Assembly: GCA_965208325.1 (NCBI GenBank)
Contig: OZ242326.1
Span: 3,936,001-4,000,000 of the forward strand
DNA length: 64,000 nucleotides
Direction of reading: 5' to 3'
From: Candidatus Poribacteria bacterium
GTDB lineage: Bacteria; Poribacteria; WGA-4E; PCPOR2b
A program made the position numbers and the translations under genes. The notes beneath the pieces were generated by a model that saw only the letters and a program-made list of their open reading frames with translations, was not told the DNA's origin and did not search any database. Below are positions 10,701 through 21,120 of this stretch, in pieces (within the stretch, counting starts at the first letter, position 1; each line of letters starts with the position of its first letter).

Positions 10701-12020
10701 CGGACGGTTGAGCAATACAGGATGTTCGTCAATCACCTCTTCAAGGACTTCCCAGACCTCTGGAGAAACCTTTTCAGCCATATTTTTGGCACGCTTGATG
10801 GTGTGAGCATATCCCTTTTCCTGCAGCTTTCGAATGATGAACGGCTTGAACAATTCCAGTGCCATAGCTTTGGGCAAGCCGCATTGATGCAACTTAAGTT
10901 CTGGCCCCACAACTATGACAGATCTGCCTGAATAATCAACCCGTTTACCAAGCAGGTTCTGTCGAAAGCGTCCCACCTTACCTTTGAGCATGTCGCTCAA
11001 AGACTTCAACGGGCGGTTCCCCGGTCCACGCACTACCCGTCCATGCCGGCCATTGTCCAACAACGCATCAACAGCTTCCTGAAGCATTCGCTTCTCATTC
11101 CGAATGATTACTTCTGGCGCACGTAGCTCCATCAATCGTTTTAGTCGATTATTCCGGTTGATTACCCGTCGGTACAAGTCATTGAGGTCGCTGGTTGCGA
11201 AGCGCCCGCCGTCAAGTGCGACAAGTGGACGTAAATCCGGTGGAATCACCGGAACCTCGGTAAGAATCATCCAGTGCGGTTTGTTGCCAGATTTCAAAAA
11301 GCCGAGCACCGATTTCAACCGTTTTGAAAGTTTCCGCGCTTTCTGTTTACTCCCGGTTTCGTCCAATTCAGCACGCAGTGTTTGGGATTCTTGCTCTAAA
11401 TCTATCCGTTCAAGCAGTTCGCGGATAGCTTCAGCCCCCATCTCAGCTCGGAAATCATACTGAACTTTGAGTTTATTGTACTCCTCTTCTGACAGAAGCT
11501 GCTTAACCGCCAGAGAGCATTCCGAATCATTGACATCAAGCACAACATACGCTTCAAAGTATAGTATTCGCTCAATGTCACGAAAAGACAAATCCAAAAA
11601 GAGGCCGATTCGGGATGGCAGCCCTTTAAAGTACCATACATGTGAGACCGGCGCCGCCAACTGGATATATCCCATTCTTTCCCGGCGCACCTTTTGTTGA
11701 GTTACCTCAACGCCGCAGCGATCACAAATCACCCCTTTATGCTTAATTCGTTTGTACTTTCCGCACGCACATTCCCAGTCCTTCTGGGGACCAAATATCG
11801 CCTCACAAAATAAACCCTCCCGTTCCGGACGAAACGTCCGATAGTTAATGGTTTCAGGTTTACGAACCTCGGCGCAGTTGCACTCCCCCATCATCGGACA
11901 AGGCCATACTTTGCTCGCTCGTTTCTTGCAAGAAGCCTGTTTTGCCCAACTCTTAATTTGGTCTGGTGAGGCAATTCGGATGGAGATTGCATCAAAATTG
12001 TTCAAATTCTTTGTATCCAA
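7773..12020 (-). CDS. rpoC: DNA-directed RNA polymerase subunit beta'
   Basis: NADFDGD catalytic motif, zinc-ribbon [41 protein letters not shown] trigger-loop insertion. Confidence 0.99.
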   Translation of the reverse strand: MDTKNLNNFDAISIRIASPDQIKSWAKQASCKKRASKVWPCPMMGECNCAEVRKPETINYRTFRPEREGLFCEAIFGPQKDWECACGKYKRIKHKGVICDRCGVEVTQQKVRRERMGYIQLAAPVSHVWYFKGLPSRIGLFLDLSFRDIERILYFEAYVVLDVNDSECSLAVKQLLSEEEYNKLKVQYDFRAEMGAEAIRELLERIDLEQESQTLRAELDETGSKQKARKLSKRLKSVLGFLKSGNKPHWMILTEVPVIPPDLRPLVALDGGRFATSDLNDLYRRVINRNNRLKRLMELRAPEVIIRNEKRMLQEAVDALLDNGRHGRVVRGPGNRPLKSLSDMLKGKVGRFRQNLLGKRVDYSGRSVIVVGPELKLHQCGLPKAMALELFKPFIIRKLQEKGYAHTIKRAKNMAEKVSPEVWEVLEEVIDEHPVLLNRPPTLHRLGIQAFQPSLVEGKAIRINPLVCTAFNADFDGDQMAVHVPLSVEAQVESKLLMMATRNILKPAHGEATAVPNLDVVLGCSFLTKSIPQANRENSCQIAIPRHYQNQQEVIIAHECGILGLHDPVLLHIDDAIPPVETTVGRVIFNQIIPNDLMFTNPKVERQIPFINWEMQGKDLSRLVSRCFDELGNRRTVEFIDELKQLGFHYATVAGISIGIGDLIVPSKKQESIQAAREQVTEIDKEYASGGMSPGERYNKVIDVWHQLIDDIETALFEELEQGRDDEIKGFNPVHIMVDSGARSRKESIRQISGMRGLMTKPSGEIIEQPIESSFREGLSVLEYFISTHGARKGLADTAIKTASSGYLTRKLVDVAQDMMITTKNCGTLNGITKVASEDEDDTFSERITGRTVAEDITDPNTNEVIIARDMLISRQIAEQIEAVGVTSLRIRSALTCEAAHGVCALCYGTDLTTGQLVDIGEAIGIIAAQSIGEPGTQLTMRTFHTGGTVSGGGFQSRIEARHDGVVKYHSVRFVEHPVQVDDTSLDKSTTKGPPEIEKIVLSRNAQLRIVDENGRVIERHDAQIGARLCVDEGQRVTKGDPHAEEQTPSLLLEWDPYRVPILTEYQGKAVFQDIVEGRTMREDKATGLAERVIIEYKGEDQPRIEIYSDNEELLASYLMPTGAHLSVTDEEMVTPGTVLARLPRETAKSRDIVTGLPRVTELFEARRPRDAAIIAEIEGHVKLEGINRGMRQLRIVHTDVSSRPYRIPMGKHLIVHDGDLVEAGERVTDGPINPHDILEVKGEEAVQSYLVNEVQEVYRTQGERINDKHIEVIIRRMLNKVRITSPGSTEFLEDDEVDRSTFNRVNRHAISEGGQPAMAEPILQGITKAALSTESFISAASFQQTTNVLTKATVVGKRDYLKGLKENVIMGRLIPAGTGVSQFRKIEILPRTEPESPMPKTELPILSLDEQAAD

Positions 12021-12099
12021 GGTGCTTCTCCTTATACATAGGGGTATATGGGCAGTTGCTAATTTCTCAATGCTTTAAAATCTGGCACAATTCCTTCGC

Positions 12100-15000
12100 T
12101 CAATTCTTATCCTCCCAATTCGTCGCATCCGCATCAAACTCTAGTTCTTCGGGGACATCACCGATTTCCTCAAGGTCAACATCAAGACACAAACTCTGTA
12201 GCTCCTTAACTAGCACGTTAAAGGACTCCGGTGTGCCGGGTGCCGGGGCATTTTCGCCCTTGACAATGGCCTCATATATCTTACTTCTACCGGCGACATC
12301 ATCCGATTTGATGGTCAACAACTCTTGGAGGGTGTAGGCAGCGCCATAAGCTTCCAAAGCCCAAACTTCCATCTCGCCAAATCGTTGTCCGCCTTGTTGA
12401 GCCTTTCCGCCCAACGGCTGCTGCGTCACCAATGAATAAGGCCCTGTGCTGCGGGCATGAATCTTATCGTCTACCAAGTGGTTCAACTTAAGAATGTAGG
12501 CATAACCGACAGTGGTTTCCTGCTCGAAATGAGCACCGGTTCTACCGTCGAAGAGTTTTGCTTTTCCTGTTGGCGGGAGACCGGCATCATTCAGCAATTC
12601 CTGTATCTCGTTTTCTGTGGCGCCGTCAAAAACAGGTGTTGCGATGTATAAACCTAATTTTTCAACCGCCCAGCCGAGATGTGTTTCCAGAATCTGTCCA
12701 ACGTTCATGCGAGAGGGGACGCCCAATGGGTTTAACACAATTTCCACAGGGGTGCCATCTTCCAAATACGGCATATCTTCCTGGGGAAGAATTTTTGCGA
12801 CTACCCCCTTGTTTCCGTGCCGCCCAGCTATCTTATCGCCAACTGCAATTTTTCGGCGATTGGCAACGTAGACCTTGACAAGTTTAATTACGCCCGGCTT
12901 GAGTTCGTCACCCTTGCGAATCTTCTCAATATTCGCCTCCTTTTCCGTTGTTAAGGCTTCGACCCGTCCTTGGGCCAAATAACGAATGCGGGCGATGCGT
13001 TCCATGGCTTCAGAATCCGTCACTCGAATATCCTCAAGGGGAACGCCGCTGTCAATAATCTCTTCAGTAACCAAGTCACCAGGCTTCGCCGCAATCACTT
13101 CTTCCGAACCTTCTACTGCGGATGTACGAAGTTCGTTAGCGAGTGCCCCGCCCAATAGTGCGTTTCGAATCTCTGCATGTTCCCGCTGCTGAATTAGTGC
13201 ACATTTGGACTCCCACTCTTTTTCCACTTCTTTCTCTTTGGCGGCTTCCCGAAGCTGAGCTTGGCGATCCTTGTCCCTATCTCTTCGAGAGAACACCCTG
13301 ACATCAATAACTACGCCTTCAACACCCGTCCTGGCATACGTCGAAGCGTCGCGGACTTCTCCCACTTTTTCTCCGAAGATTGCGCGCAGCAGTTTCTCTT
13401 CAGGTCCGAGATCGCTTTCCCCCTTCGGAGTTACTTTCCCGACAAGAATACTGCCGGGTCTGACAATCGATCCGACTCGGATAATCCCCTCATCGTCGAG
13501 CTGGCTAAGTGCATCTTCAGGGAGGTTGGGAATATCACGGGTGATTTCTTCTCGTCCCATCTTTGTATCTCGTGCTTCAACTTCAAACTCGTCGATGTGG
13601 ATAGAGGTAAAAGTATCATCAGTCACCAGTGATTCACTGATTAAGATGGCGTCCTCAAAGTTATAGCCTTCCCACGGCATAAACGCTACGAGTACATTGC
13701 TGCCCAGTGCGAGTTCGCCGTTATCGGTGGCCGTGCCATCTGCAATTACCTGCCTGGCTTCGACCTTTTCGCCGACATCTACACACGGGCGTTGATGGAT
13801 GCATGTCCCGTTGTTCGATCGCCTAAAGTTCATTAGTCGGTAAACATCGTACCCCATTTCCGAAAAGGATTGTTCCCCGCCGTCAACATGAAAGGCGTCT
13901 TCCGTGCGGATAATAATCTCGGATGCAGAAATGCTTTCAACAGTCCCGTCGCGCTTCGCCAACACCACTGCGCCCGAATCTCGAGCAGCTTTGGATTCCA
14001 TGCCAGTGCCGATTCGAGGCGCCTCAGGGCTGATCAGCGGCACAGCTTGACGCTGCATGTTACTCCCCATTAATGCCCGGTTTGCATCGTCATGTTCAAG
14101 GAATGGAATGAGCGCCGCAGACACGCCCACAATCTGCTTGGGGGACACATCAATGTAATCAATTTCTTTGGGAGATTTCCGAGGAAAATCCCCCTGATAT
14201 CGTGTGACCAACCCATTCCCAACCAGTTTCCCGCGTTTGTCAAGCAATGTATTTGCTTGTGCAATCGCAAAATCATCCTCTTTGTCCGCTGTCAGATAGT
14301 CAATCCGGTCCGTGGCTCGTCCCTTGACCACCTTGCGGTACGGGGTCTCCAGAAAACCGTAGGTGTTTACCCGTGCATATGTGCTCAATGAGACTATCAA
14401 GCCGACGGATGGGCCTTCTGGTGTCTCGATTGGACACACTCTGCCGTAGTGAGTGCGGTGAACATCGCGGACCTCGAAAGTTGCGCGTTCGCGGTGCAAT
14501 CCGCCCGGACCAAGCGCGCTGAGTCGACGTTTGTGGGTCAATTCGTCTAGCGGGTTAGTCTGCTGCATGAATTGAGAAAGCTGGCTGGAACCAAAGAAAT
14601 CTTTAATTGCCGCTGCTAGCGGTTTGGGGTTAATTAAATCCGTCGCGGTGGCGTTTTCAAGCTCTTGGATTGTCATGCGTTCACGTGTCGCCCGCGTGAC
14701 ACGCATTATTCCCATCCGCACCTGGTTTTGGAGCAACTCCCCGACCGCTCGCACACGTCGATTGCCTAGGTGGTCGATATCGTCTGTTACTCCATCGCCG
14801 TTTTGGAGGTCAATCAGGTATTTGAGTGCTGCCGCGATATCTTCTCTCCGTAGGGTACGTTTACCCTCATCAACCTTTCCGTTTCCATTGTGGTAAATGG
14901 AGAGTCCGCCCAGTTTTTCATTGAGCTTGTAACGTCCGACTCGAGACAGGTCATATCGGACCGGGTCGAAGACCATCTTTTCAAAACGGTTGCGTGCGCT

Positions 15001-16017
15001 CTCTATCGTTGGGGGGTCGCCCGGTTGGAGTTTGCGAAAAATTTCCACCAAAGCCTGATCTTGAATGTGCCCGGCTTTGTAATCAGATTGGCGGTCACGT
15101 TCGAGAGTATTCCTTAACAATCGAATTTCTTCCGCATCCTTCTCAGCCAATACTTCAACCTCATCGACTCCCGATTCAATGCACGCAGTCAAGCAATCAT
15201 TTGTCAGTTCTGTATTCGCCTCCAACAGTACCTCTCCAGTTTCCGGATTGACTACCGGACTGGCTGTGATACGCCCTTCTAGTGCTTCAATTGTAGCGGG
15301 GTCGTTCACAATTGCGCAGCTATCGACATTTGCAAATAGCTTGAGAATCTGCTCATCGGTTTCCCAACCGAGTGCACGGAGCAGCACCGTAACGAGCATT
15401 TTTTTACGCCGCGCCAGACGGACATGAATCAAATCTTTGATGTCGCATTCAAACTCGATCCATTCACCGCGGTACGGAATAATCCTTGCCGTGAAAAGTT
15501 TCTGACCGCTGGTATGGGTATCTTCGCTAAAAGTTGCTCCTGGAGATCGGTGAAGCTGGCTGACAATCACCCGTTCCGCACCGTTGATTACGAATGTGCC
15601 GTTTTCCGTCATTAGCGGAAGTTCACCCATGTAGACTTCATTTTCTTTAATGTCAATCGTGTTCTTGTCACCAGTGTCTTTATCCTGCTCTCGAAAAACC
15701 AAACGGACGCGAATCTTGAGCGGAACGGCATATGTAAATCCGCGAGATTGGCATTCGTTAATATCGTATTTTGGCGGACTAAGGGTGTAATTAACAAATT
15801 CGAGGCTGGACGTTTCGCTGAAATCCGAAATTGGGAAAATTTCGCTGAAGATGGCTTGCAACCCAATTTCTTCACGTTCATCGGGTTCTACATTTCGCTG
15901 TAAGAACTTGTCGTAGGAGTACTTTTGGACCTCAATCAGATCGGGGAGATTCATAATCTCTGGAATTTTTGCGAAGGGTTTTCGTTCACGCTTACCAAAT
16001 TCGATGCGGTGGGGCAT
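12100..16017 (-). CDS. rpoB: DNA-directed RNA polymerase subunit beta
   Basis: [47 protein letters not shown]. Confidence 0.99.
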   Translation of the reverse strand: MPHRIEFGKRERKPFAKIPEIMNLPDLIEVQKYSYDKFLQRNVEPDEREEIGLQAIFSEIFPISDFSETSSLEFVNYTLSPPKYDINECQSRGFTYAVPLKIRVRLVFREQDKDTGDKNTIDIKENEVYMGELPLMTENGTFVINGAERVIVSQLHRSPGATFSEDTHTSGQKLFTARIIPYRGEWIEFECDIKDLIHVRLARRKKMLVTVLLRALGWETDEQILKLFANVDSCAIVNDPATIEALEGRITASPVVNPETGEVLLEANTELTNDCLTACIESGVDEVEVLAEKDAEEIRLLRNTLERDRQSDYKAGHIQDQALVEIFRKLQPGDPPTIESARNRFEKMVFDPVRYDLSRVGRYKLNEKLGGLSIYHNGNGKVDEGKRTLRREDIAAALKYLIDLQNGDGVTDDIDHLGNRRVRAVGELLQNQVRMGIMRVTRATRERMTIQELENATATDLINPKPLAAAIKDFFGSSQLSQFMQQTNPLDELTHKRRLSALGPGGLHRERATFEVRDVHRTHYGRVCPIETPEGPSVGLIVSLSTYARVNTYGFLETPYRKVVKGRATDRIDYLTADKEDDFAIAQANTLLDKRGKLVGNGLVTRYQGDFPRKSPKEIDYIDVSPKQIVGVSAALIPFLEHDDANRALMGSNMQRQAVPLISPEAPRIGTGMESKAARDSGAVVLAKRDGTVESISASEIIIRTEDAFHVDGGEQSFSEMGYDVYRLMNFRRSNNGTCIHQRPCVDVGEKVEARQVIADGTATDNGELALGSNVLVAFMPWEGYNFEDAILISESLVTDDTFTSIHIDEFEVEARDTKMGREEITRDIPNLPEDALSQLDDEGIIRVGSIVRPGSILVGKVTPKGESDLGPEEKLLRAIFGEKVGEVRDASTYARTGVEGVVIDVRVFSRRDRDKDRQAQLREAAKEKEVEKEWESKCALIQQREHAEIRNALLGGALANELRTSAVEGSEEVIAAKPGDLVTEEIIDSGVPLEDIRVTDSEAMERIARIRYLAQGRVEALTTEKEANIEKIRKGDELKPGVIKLVKVYVANRRKIAVGDKIAGRHGNKGVVAKILPQEDMPYLEDGTPVEIVLNPLGVPSRMNVGQILETHLGWAVEKLGLYIATPVFDGATENEIQELLNDAGLPPTGKAKLFDGRTGAHFEQETTVGYAYILKLNHLVDDKIHARSTGPYSLVTQQPLGGKAQQGGQRFGEMEVWALEAYGAAYTLQELLTIKSDDVAGRSKIYEAIVKGENAPAPGTPESFNVLVKELQSLCLDVDLEEIGDVPEELEFDADATNWEDKN

Positions 16018-16091
16018 ACTTTCACCTTTATGCTTAGAAGGTTAAAGGGGGATGGCGTAATGACTCAATTTGTAAACCACGCAAACCTAAT

Positions 16092-16120
16092 ATTATACAG
16101 AAAGATTTTCCCTATGTCAA
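16092..16120 (-). promoter_or_regulatory. sigma70 promoter of rpoBC
   Basis: Minus strand TTGACA (16120-16115), 17-bp spacer, TATAAT (16097-16092), about 75 bp upstream of rpoB. Confidence 0.85.
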
Positions 16121-16565
16121 GTTTTCTACCTAAATTTCTACACTTAAAATGAAAAAAGGTTGCCTCAAGGTTGAAAAATTTGGTTAAAACCACAGATATT
16201 TGGCTATTTTGCCGCCACTTCGGTGGCATCAATACCAGGATTTGGGATGAAAAGATAAACGATGCCGCCTATATACACAGACATGTTCTATCTGAGTAAA
16301 CGTAAATCGTTGTGTTTGGCTTCAGTGCGGGGCGTTAGACGGTTTGGGTAAGTAGATTGACGAACGTTTTTGGCGGATTTTCAGTAACTTCAAGGGTATT
16401 CCGCGGATGATTTTCCCATCATTTCTTTATCGTTTGCGAGACATACGACGTGAAGGATAGCGGTTGACAGGCAGTTAATCGCCGCCTTGCTGCAGGTCGG
16501 TGTACAATGTTTAGTATATCACAAATAACGTGCGAATGGAAAAAAATCAGTGTTTTAGCATTTAC

Positions 16566-16602
16566 TTGACACAGGAAAAATTGTATTATACATTATCATA
16601 CA
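16566..16602 (+). promoter_or_regulatory. promoter with overlapping putative YtrA/GntR operator
   Basis: TTGACA (16566), 17 bp, TACATT (16589); inverted repeat TGTAT..ATACA (16582-16602) over the -10 box. Confidence 0.65.
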
Positions 16603-16623
16603 GACCGTACAGATGAGGTGCCG

Positions 16624-17013
16624 ATGTTTTTCCACATTGATTATAACAGCAGCCAACCAATTTATCAGCAGGTCATTGAGCAGATTAAGCTCACGATTGT
16701 CAATGGCGGGTTAAAGCCCGGAGAGCGTATGCCTTCTATACGCGAGTTGGCGAAAACGCTGAAGATAAATCCAACTACCGTGGCGAAAATCTACAATGAG
16801 TTGGCGCACCAAGGGGTGCTCGTACTGCGTCAGGGCAAGGGTGCGTTCGTCGCCCCAAAAGTGGTTTCGCTTGCGAGTGAAGAGATTCACCGAATCGTCG
16901 CGGAACATGCCCGGAAAATTTTGGTTGAAGGGTTGCGGTTTGGGTTGACACGCGAGGAGATTGACTTAATTATTGATGCGGAGTATCAAAGTATCAGGAA
17001 AGGGGAGCAATGA
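16624..17013 (+). CDS. GntR family regulator, YtrA subfamily
   Basis: PIYQQV..QI, MPSIRELA..L.INPTTVAKIY; short C-terminus; followed by an ABC ATPase. Confidence 0.93.
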   Translation: MFFHIDYNSSQPIYQQVIEQIKLTIVNGGLKPGERMPSIRELAKTLKINPTTVAKIYNELAHQGVLVLRQGKGAFVAPKVVSLASEEIHRIVAEHARKILVEGLRFGLTREEIDLIIDAEYQSIRKGEQ

Positions 17014-17954
17014 GCGAGGACGTCATTCAAACACACAATCTCACAAAGGATTTCGAGCGCGAAAGAGCCGTGGATTCACTGAGTTTGGCGGTGCCGCAGG
17101 GCTCGGTCTTCGGGTTCTTGGGGGTCAACGGTGCTGGAAAAACAACGACAGTTCGGATGATAATGGGACATCTGTATCCCACCAAAGGGGAGGTCGAGCT
17201 ACTCGGTAAGAATCCGTGGAAACATACCGAAGTTGAACGGCACCGTGTGGCTTATGTTTCAGACAACATGCACTTACCGGGCTGGATGACGCCGAAGCAG
17301 GCAATACGACTCAACGCGTCTCTTTATCCAAGCTGGGACAGCGCGCTCGCGGAGCGTCTACTTTTCGATCTGAATTTGAACCGATGGAAAAAATACCGGT
17401 CGTTCTCGAAAGGCGAGAAACGGCGGCTCTGCCTGCTGCTTGCGATTTGCCAGAACGCCGATGTCCTAATTCTTGACGAACCCGCGTCGGGGCTTGATGT
17501 GGTCGCTCGGCACAAATTCTTGGATCTCATCCTTGAGCGGGTGTACGATGGGCGGCGAACCGTTTTTCTATCTTCGCATCTTTTAAGTGACTTAGAACGT
17601 ATCATTGATAGGCTGGTGATTATCCATCGCGGTCAATTGCATCTGTCGGGTACACTTGATGATTTAAAAACGGAGGTTCGAGAACTCCGCTTGCCGCACG
17701 ACATACCCCGTGAATCGCTTGATTCCTACTTCGAAATTTTACATTATGAGTCAAATGAACAAGGGACGGTCGTCATTATTCGAAACTTCGAGGATGCGCG
17801 TTTTCGAGCATTTTGCCAGCAATTCAATGTGGACGAAATCGTTCAAGTTAACGGTTTCAACTTGGAAGACCTATTTGTGAAGCTCGTCGGTACTGAAGGA
17901 AACAGAAACCGTCGGAATCGCCAAAAGCGCAAATCAAAACACCTTATCGCTTAG
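17010..17954 (+). CDS. ABC transporter ATP-binding protein (YtrB-like)
   Basis: Walker A GVNGAGKT, signature FSKGE, Walker B LILDEP, SSH switch. Confidence 0.95.
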   Translation: MSEDVIQTHNLTKDFERERAVDSLSLAVPQGSVFGFLGVNGAGKTTTVRMIMGHLYPTKGEVELLGKNPWKHTEVERHRVAYVSDNMHLPGWMTPKQAIRLNASLYPSWDSALAERLLFDLNLNRWKKYRSFSKGEKRRLCLLLAICQNADVLILDEPASGLDVVARHKFLDLILERVYDGRRTVFLSSHLLSDLERIIDRLVIIHRGQLHLSGTLDDLKTEVRELRLPHDIPRESLDSYFEILHYESNEQGTVVIIRNFEDARFRAFCQQFNVDEIVQVNGFNLEDLFVKLVGTEGNRNRRNRQKRKSKHLIA

Positions 17955-18796
17955 TGTGGAGGAGGTTGCGTCCACGGAAAAGTTGGAGTGCCCAACCTGC
18001 ACAAATTCAGGAATCCATTATGTGTCACCATCAGATGAATCAACGAGAGAAGTATGTGTCCATCGAATTTCTAAAAATGGACGCACGGAAAGTCTTGCCT
18101 TTCTATGTACCCGTTTTGTTACTAACCGTTGGTTACGTTCTCTTTCAGGAAATGCCGTTAGCGCGTACCGATTGGAAATTGAACTTGATCGCCTGTCTAC
18201 AGGGTATGGTAATCGCTTGGGTGCTTTTCAACGATTCAGCAGGGACTGAAGTGTTCGTCTTTTCACGCCCATTATCCCGCGTGCGGTTGTTTTTCACACG
18301 CTGGGCGTTCGGCATTTCGTTTCAGTTGCTGACGATTTCCGTGGTATTCTTCACGGTTGCCATAGGGTTGCGAAGCGAAATTCAGGTGCTGATGAACTCG
18401 CCTTATCAGCCGATGGTCAAATGGTATGAACTGTCTATATTGAGTTCGATTGCACTGTATTCAATTTTGAGCTACGAAATTGTCATGTTCTTAAAGCTGC
18501 GCCATCGTGTTGTGAGTGTGGGCCCATTGACGTGGCGCGATTACATCTGGGTTGTATTAATTTGCGTCCTCATAGGGATAATTTTAACAGGTCTCTTTTC
18601 AAACATTGGACCAATAGCCTATCAGATGATGTCCTGGGCACTAATGGCAAAGTTAGTGTTAGTTAGTTTCTTTGCAATCTTGGTACCAATTCACAATCTA
18701 CTGATTTACGTTGTGCTCGTGACAATTGTGGGTACATTGGCATCGCTCCACTGTTATCAAAACATGGAGATTGAGTCTTTAGCCGTGTTGGGATGA
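17954..18796 (+). CDS. putative ABC-2 type permease
   Basis: About 6 TM helices, FVFSRPLSR motif; true start probably downstream. Confidence 0.7.
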   Translation: MWRRLRPRKSWSAQPAQIQESIMCHHQMNQREKYVSIEFLKMDARKVLPFYVPVLLLTVGYVLFQEMPLARTDWKLNLIACLQGMVIAWVLFNDSAGTEVFVFSRPLSRVRLFFTRWAFGISFQLLTISVVFFTVAIGLRSEIQVLMNSPYQPMVKWYELSILSSIALYSILSYEIVMFLKLRHRVVSVGPLTWRDYIWVVLICVLIGIILTGLFSNIGPIAYQMMSWALMAKLVLVSFFAILVPIHNLLIYVVLVTIVGTLASLHCYQNMEIESLAVLG

Positions 18797-20952
18797 GCGT
18801 GATGAGACATGATAATCGAGCAAATCGGTGGGTGTTGAATACGGCGGCGTTTGTAATCTTTTTGCCGGTGCTGCTACATCCGGAATTAAACTTGTCCATC
18901 ACACCGGGTTACATTAAGTCGTTAATTGAGGGCGGACATTGGATGGGTCTATCATTGGCTGTCGTCATCATTATTCTCTATTTGGCAACAATCATCTTCG
19001 TGATTTGGAAAGGCCGCCTGCGCCTAGCGCTTCTTACCGCGTTCACCGCTATTTGTGTGCTCGCAGGTTCGTTCTTGGTGCATTTAGATAGAGGTGCCGA
19101 TTTTCCGCGTCAACTCGAATTATTTGAAAGTACAGCTGGAATCGACGTTTATTGCAATGATGTGTATCTAGGAAAATCACCTCTCCGGTTATCGGAATCC
19201 AGATTTCACGAGAAGGTGAAACCGTGGGATACACCGCCCCGTCAAAAGACGGTAATTGGAGAGACACTGCTTGAGAAGGTGAAATCAAAACGTTACGAAT
19301 CTGAGCTAGGATGGTTCTTCATTCCTTACGACTATTTCGACCAACCCTACGAATTCAGTAGTCCGAGGTCCTTCAGTTATGACAAGGCGGTGAAATCCGG
19401 CTACTGGTGGCGTTTCGAGAGAGACGGATGCACAGGGTTCGCTAAAATTGGGGATATGGTCTGGTTTGCTCATGGCTTTAGACAATATTTTAGCATCTGG
19501 TCATCTCCGGCGTTGCAATACCCCGCCCTCGATCCGTATCTGAAACATCTGCTGCACGACTTGGCACGGTTAAACTACCAGCCTTCCCTCGAATGGATAA
19601 GGCACGTCGCCGAATCTTCAGGTCTACTATTTCAACATCTGTACGAGGCGGGTCAACGCGATTCACGTGTAATGCGAGCGCTTGACGCGGTAGTTCGTGC
19701 GGAGTTCGGTATACACGACGGAATGCTCGCTCACGAGTGGGAGGAGGTCTTGAATAAGATCATGTTAAGAGTAAGGCAGCGGCATGCGTTTCGGACGCCC
19801 TCACTGGAGTCCATGGCGATGGACCTAATCGTACAAGGCAACACGAAACTGATTGAAACCCATTTTTTCGAACGGCTATCCCCGAGTACTTGGGAGCACG
19901 TTGCCTTGAAGAGTCAGCCGCCGGCACTGTTCAAACGATTCGTTTACGATTCCCGAAACGGCGGGCAGTTTTTGGTCATGGCAGGCAACTATTCGCGTCC
20001 GGAAGCCTTGCGGCTTGTCAGACGGTATTTTCGCGATGTCAATATCGATCAACCGGCTAAGGGCTTCGCCGGTACTGCAAATCTCAGACAGCGCCAGTCT
20101 GAGGCACTGATCACCGCCGTGCAGTTGCAGAATCCGCTTGTTGAACCAGAGCTACGTGATTTTGTTCTGAATCTCGTGAAGGCTCATCCGAATGAGTTTG
20201 ACCACGAACTCCGGATGTTTATTGATGCGAGATTGAAACGCCTTCTGGCCGATGGGGAGGCAGATTCACTCGCCGAGTGGGTGGCTGAAGCGGTCCCACT
20301 TGCTGAAGACGAAAAACTAAAATTCTTGGTTCGTCTTAATTCCACCCGCACACAGCGATATGTCCGGGATATCCTCCGCCGCCATCCGTCCTACCAAGAG
20401 ACAGTTTTACAGACTCTGACAGAATACGCAAACCCATCGTTGGATCGTTTTCTTATCGAAACATTACAAGCTGCTTCGGAGGTTTCCGCGATTAACGCCC
20501 CTCCCTCATTGCTTCGCGCCATGATACTCTGCAGTACACCGCGCATGCATGCATTCTTGGATGAAATGTGGAATGCCAATGACATCAACAGGATTACTCT
20601 GTTATCGGCTATGAAGCATGACGAACCGAATTACTTTCCTCAGCTGCATCGGTGGATAGCGCCTATCTCGCAAATCGAGGATGCCGGCATACGCCTCGCT
20701 GCGATTCCGGTGCTCGACCAAATTGACACGCCGGAATCGTCGGAAATCTTGGGCAATTGGGCGTTAAGTTCAGATGCGGCGGTCAAACGTGAGGCGGAAC
20801 GGGCACTTGAAAATTACCGCAATCGAAGCCGTCTGGCAAGGGAGCTTCTGGCGGAAAACGTCAAACCGGACGATCTGCTAACCGGTCAAACAGCGTACGT
20901 TTGGAATGGGAGGAATTATGTGCCGGAGGCGGCAGTTTCGGAAAGTAAATGA
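18793..20952 (+). CDS. membrane-anchored hypothetical protein with PEGA-like and C-terminal HEAT-like segments
   Basis: N-terminal TM helices, DVYCNDVYLGKSPL, IRLAAIPVL/VKREAERAL; overlaps the permease stop. Confidence 0.65.
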   Translation: MSVMRHDNRANRWVLNTAAFVIFLPVLLHPELNLSITPGYIKSLIEGGHWMGLSLAVVIIILYLATIIFVIWKGRLRLALLTAFTAICVLAGSFLVHLDRGADFPRQLELFESTAGIDVYCNDVYLGKSPLRLSESRFHEKVKPWDTPPRQKTVIGETLLEKVKSKRYESELGWFFIPYDYFDQPYEFSSPRSFSYDKAVKSGYWWRFERDGCTGFAKIGDMVWFAHGFRQYFSIWSSPALQYPALDPYLKHLLHDLARLNYQPSLEWIRHVAESSGLLFQHLYEAGQRDSRVMRALDAVVRAEFGIHDGMLAHEWEEVLNKIMLRVRQRHAFRTPSLESMAMDLIVQGNTKLIETHFFERLSPSTWEHVALKSQPPALFKRFVYDSRNGGQFLVMAGNYSRPEALRLVRRYFRDVNIDQPAKGFAGTANLRQRQSEALITAVQLQNPLVEPELRDFVLNLVKAHPNEFDHELRMFIDARLKRLLADGEADSLAEWVAEAVPLAEDEKLKFLVRLNSTRTQRYVRDILRRHPSYQETVLQTLTEYANPSLDRFLIETLQAASEVSAINAPPSLLRAMILCSTPRMHAFLDEMWNANDINRITLLSAMKHDEPNYFPQLHRWIAPISQIEDAGIRLAAIPVLDQIDTPESSEILGNWALSSDAAVKREAERALENYRNRSRLARELLAENVKPDDLLTGQTAYVWNGRNYVPEAAVSESK

Positions 20953-21063
20953 GAGAGTCCCATAACTCTTGTCTGAATCAAAGATTTAGTGTATGCCGAA
21001 AAGAACGCGAATCGGATTCATCCATGACTTTCACTGGTGTCGCAATACCCCGCTACAGCATCT

Positions 21064-21096
21064 AGAAACCGAGATTTTGGCAAAAACTCGGTTACT
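21064..21096. repeat. palindromic element, possible bidirectional terminator
   Basis: AGAAACCGAGATTTTG-G-CAAAAACTCGGTTACT (14 of 16 pairs) between convergent genes. Confidence 0.55.
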
Positions 21097-21120
21097 TGCC
21101 GCCATGACTGGTAACTGCCC

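Noticed and set aside
7660..16152. Many short ORFs overlapping rpoB and rpoC
   Set aside because: Antisense or alternate-frame artefacts of conserved genes.
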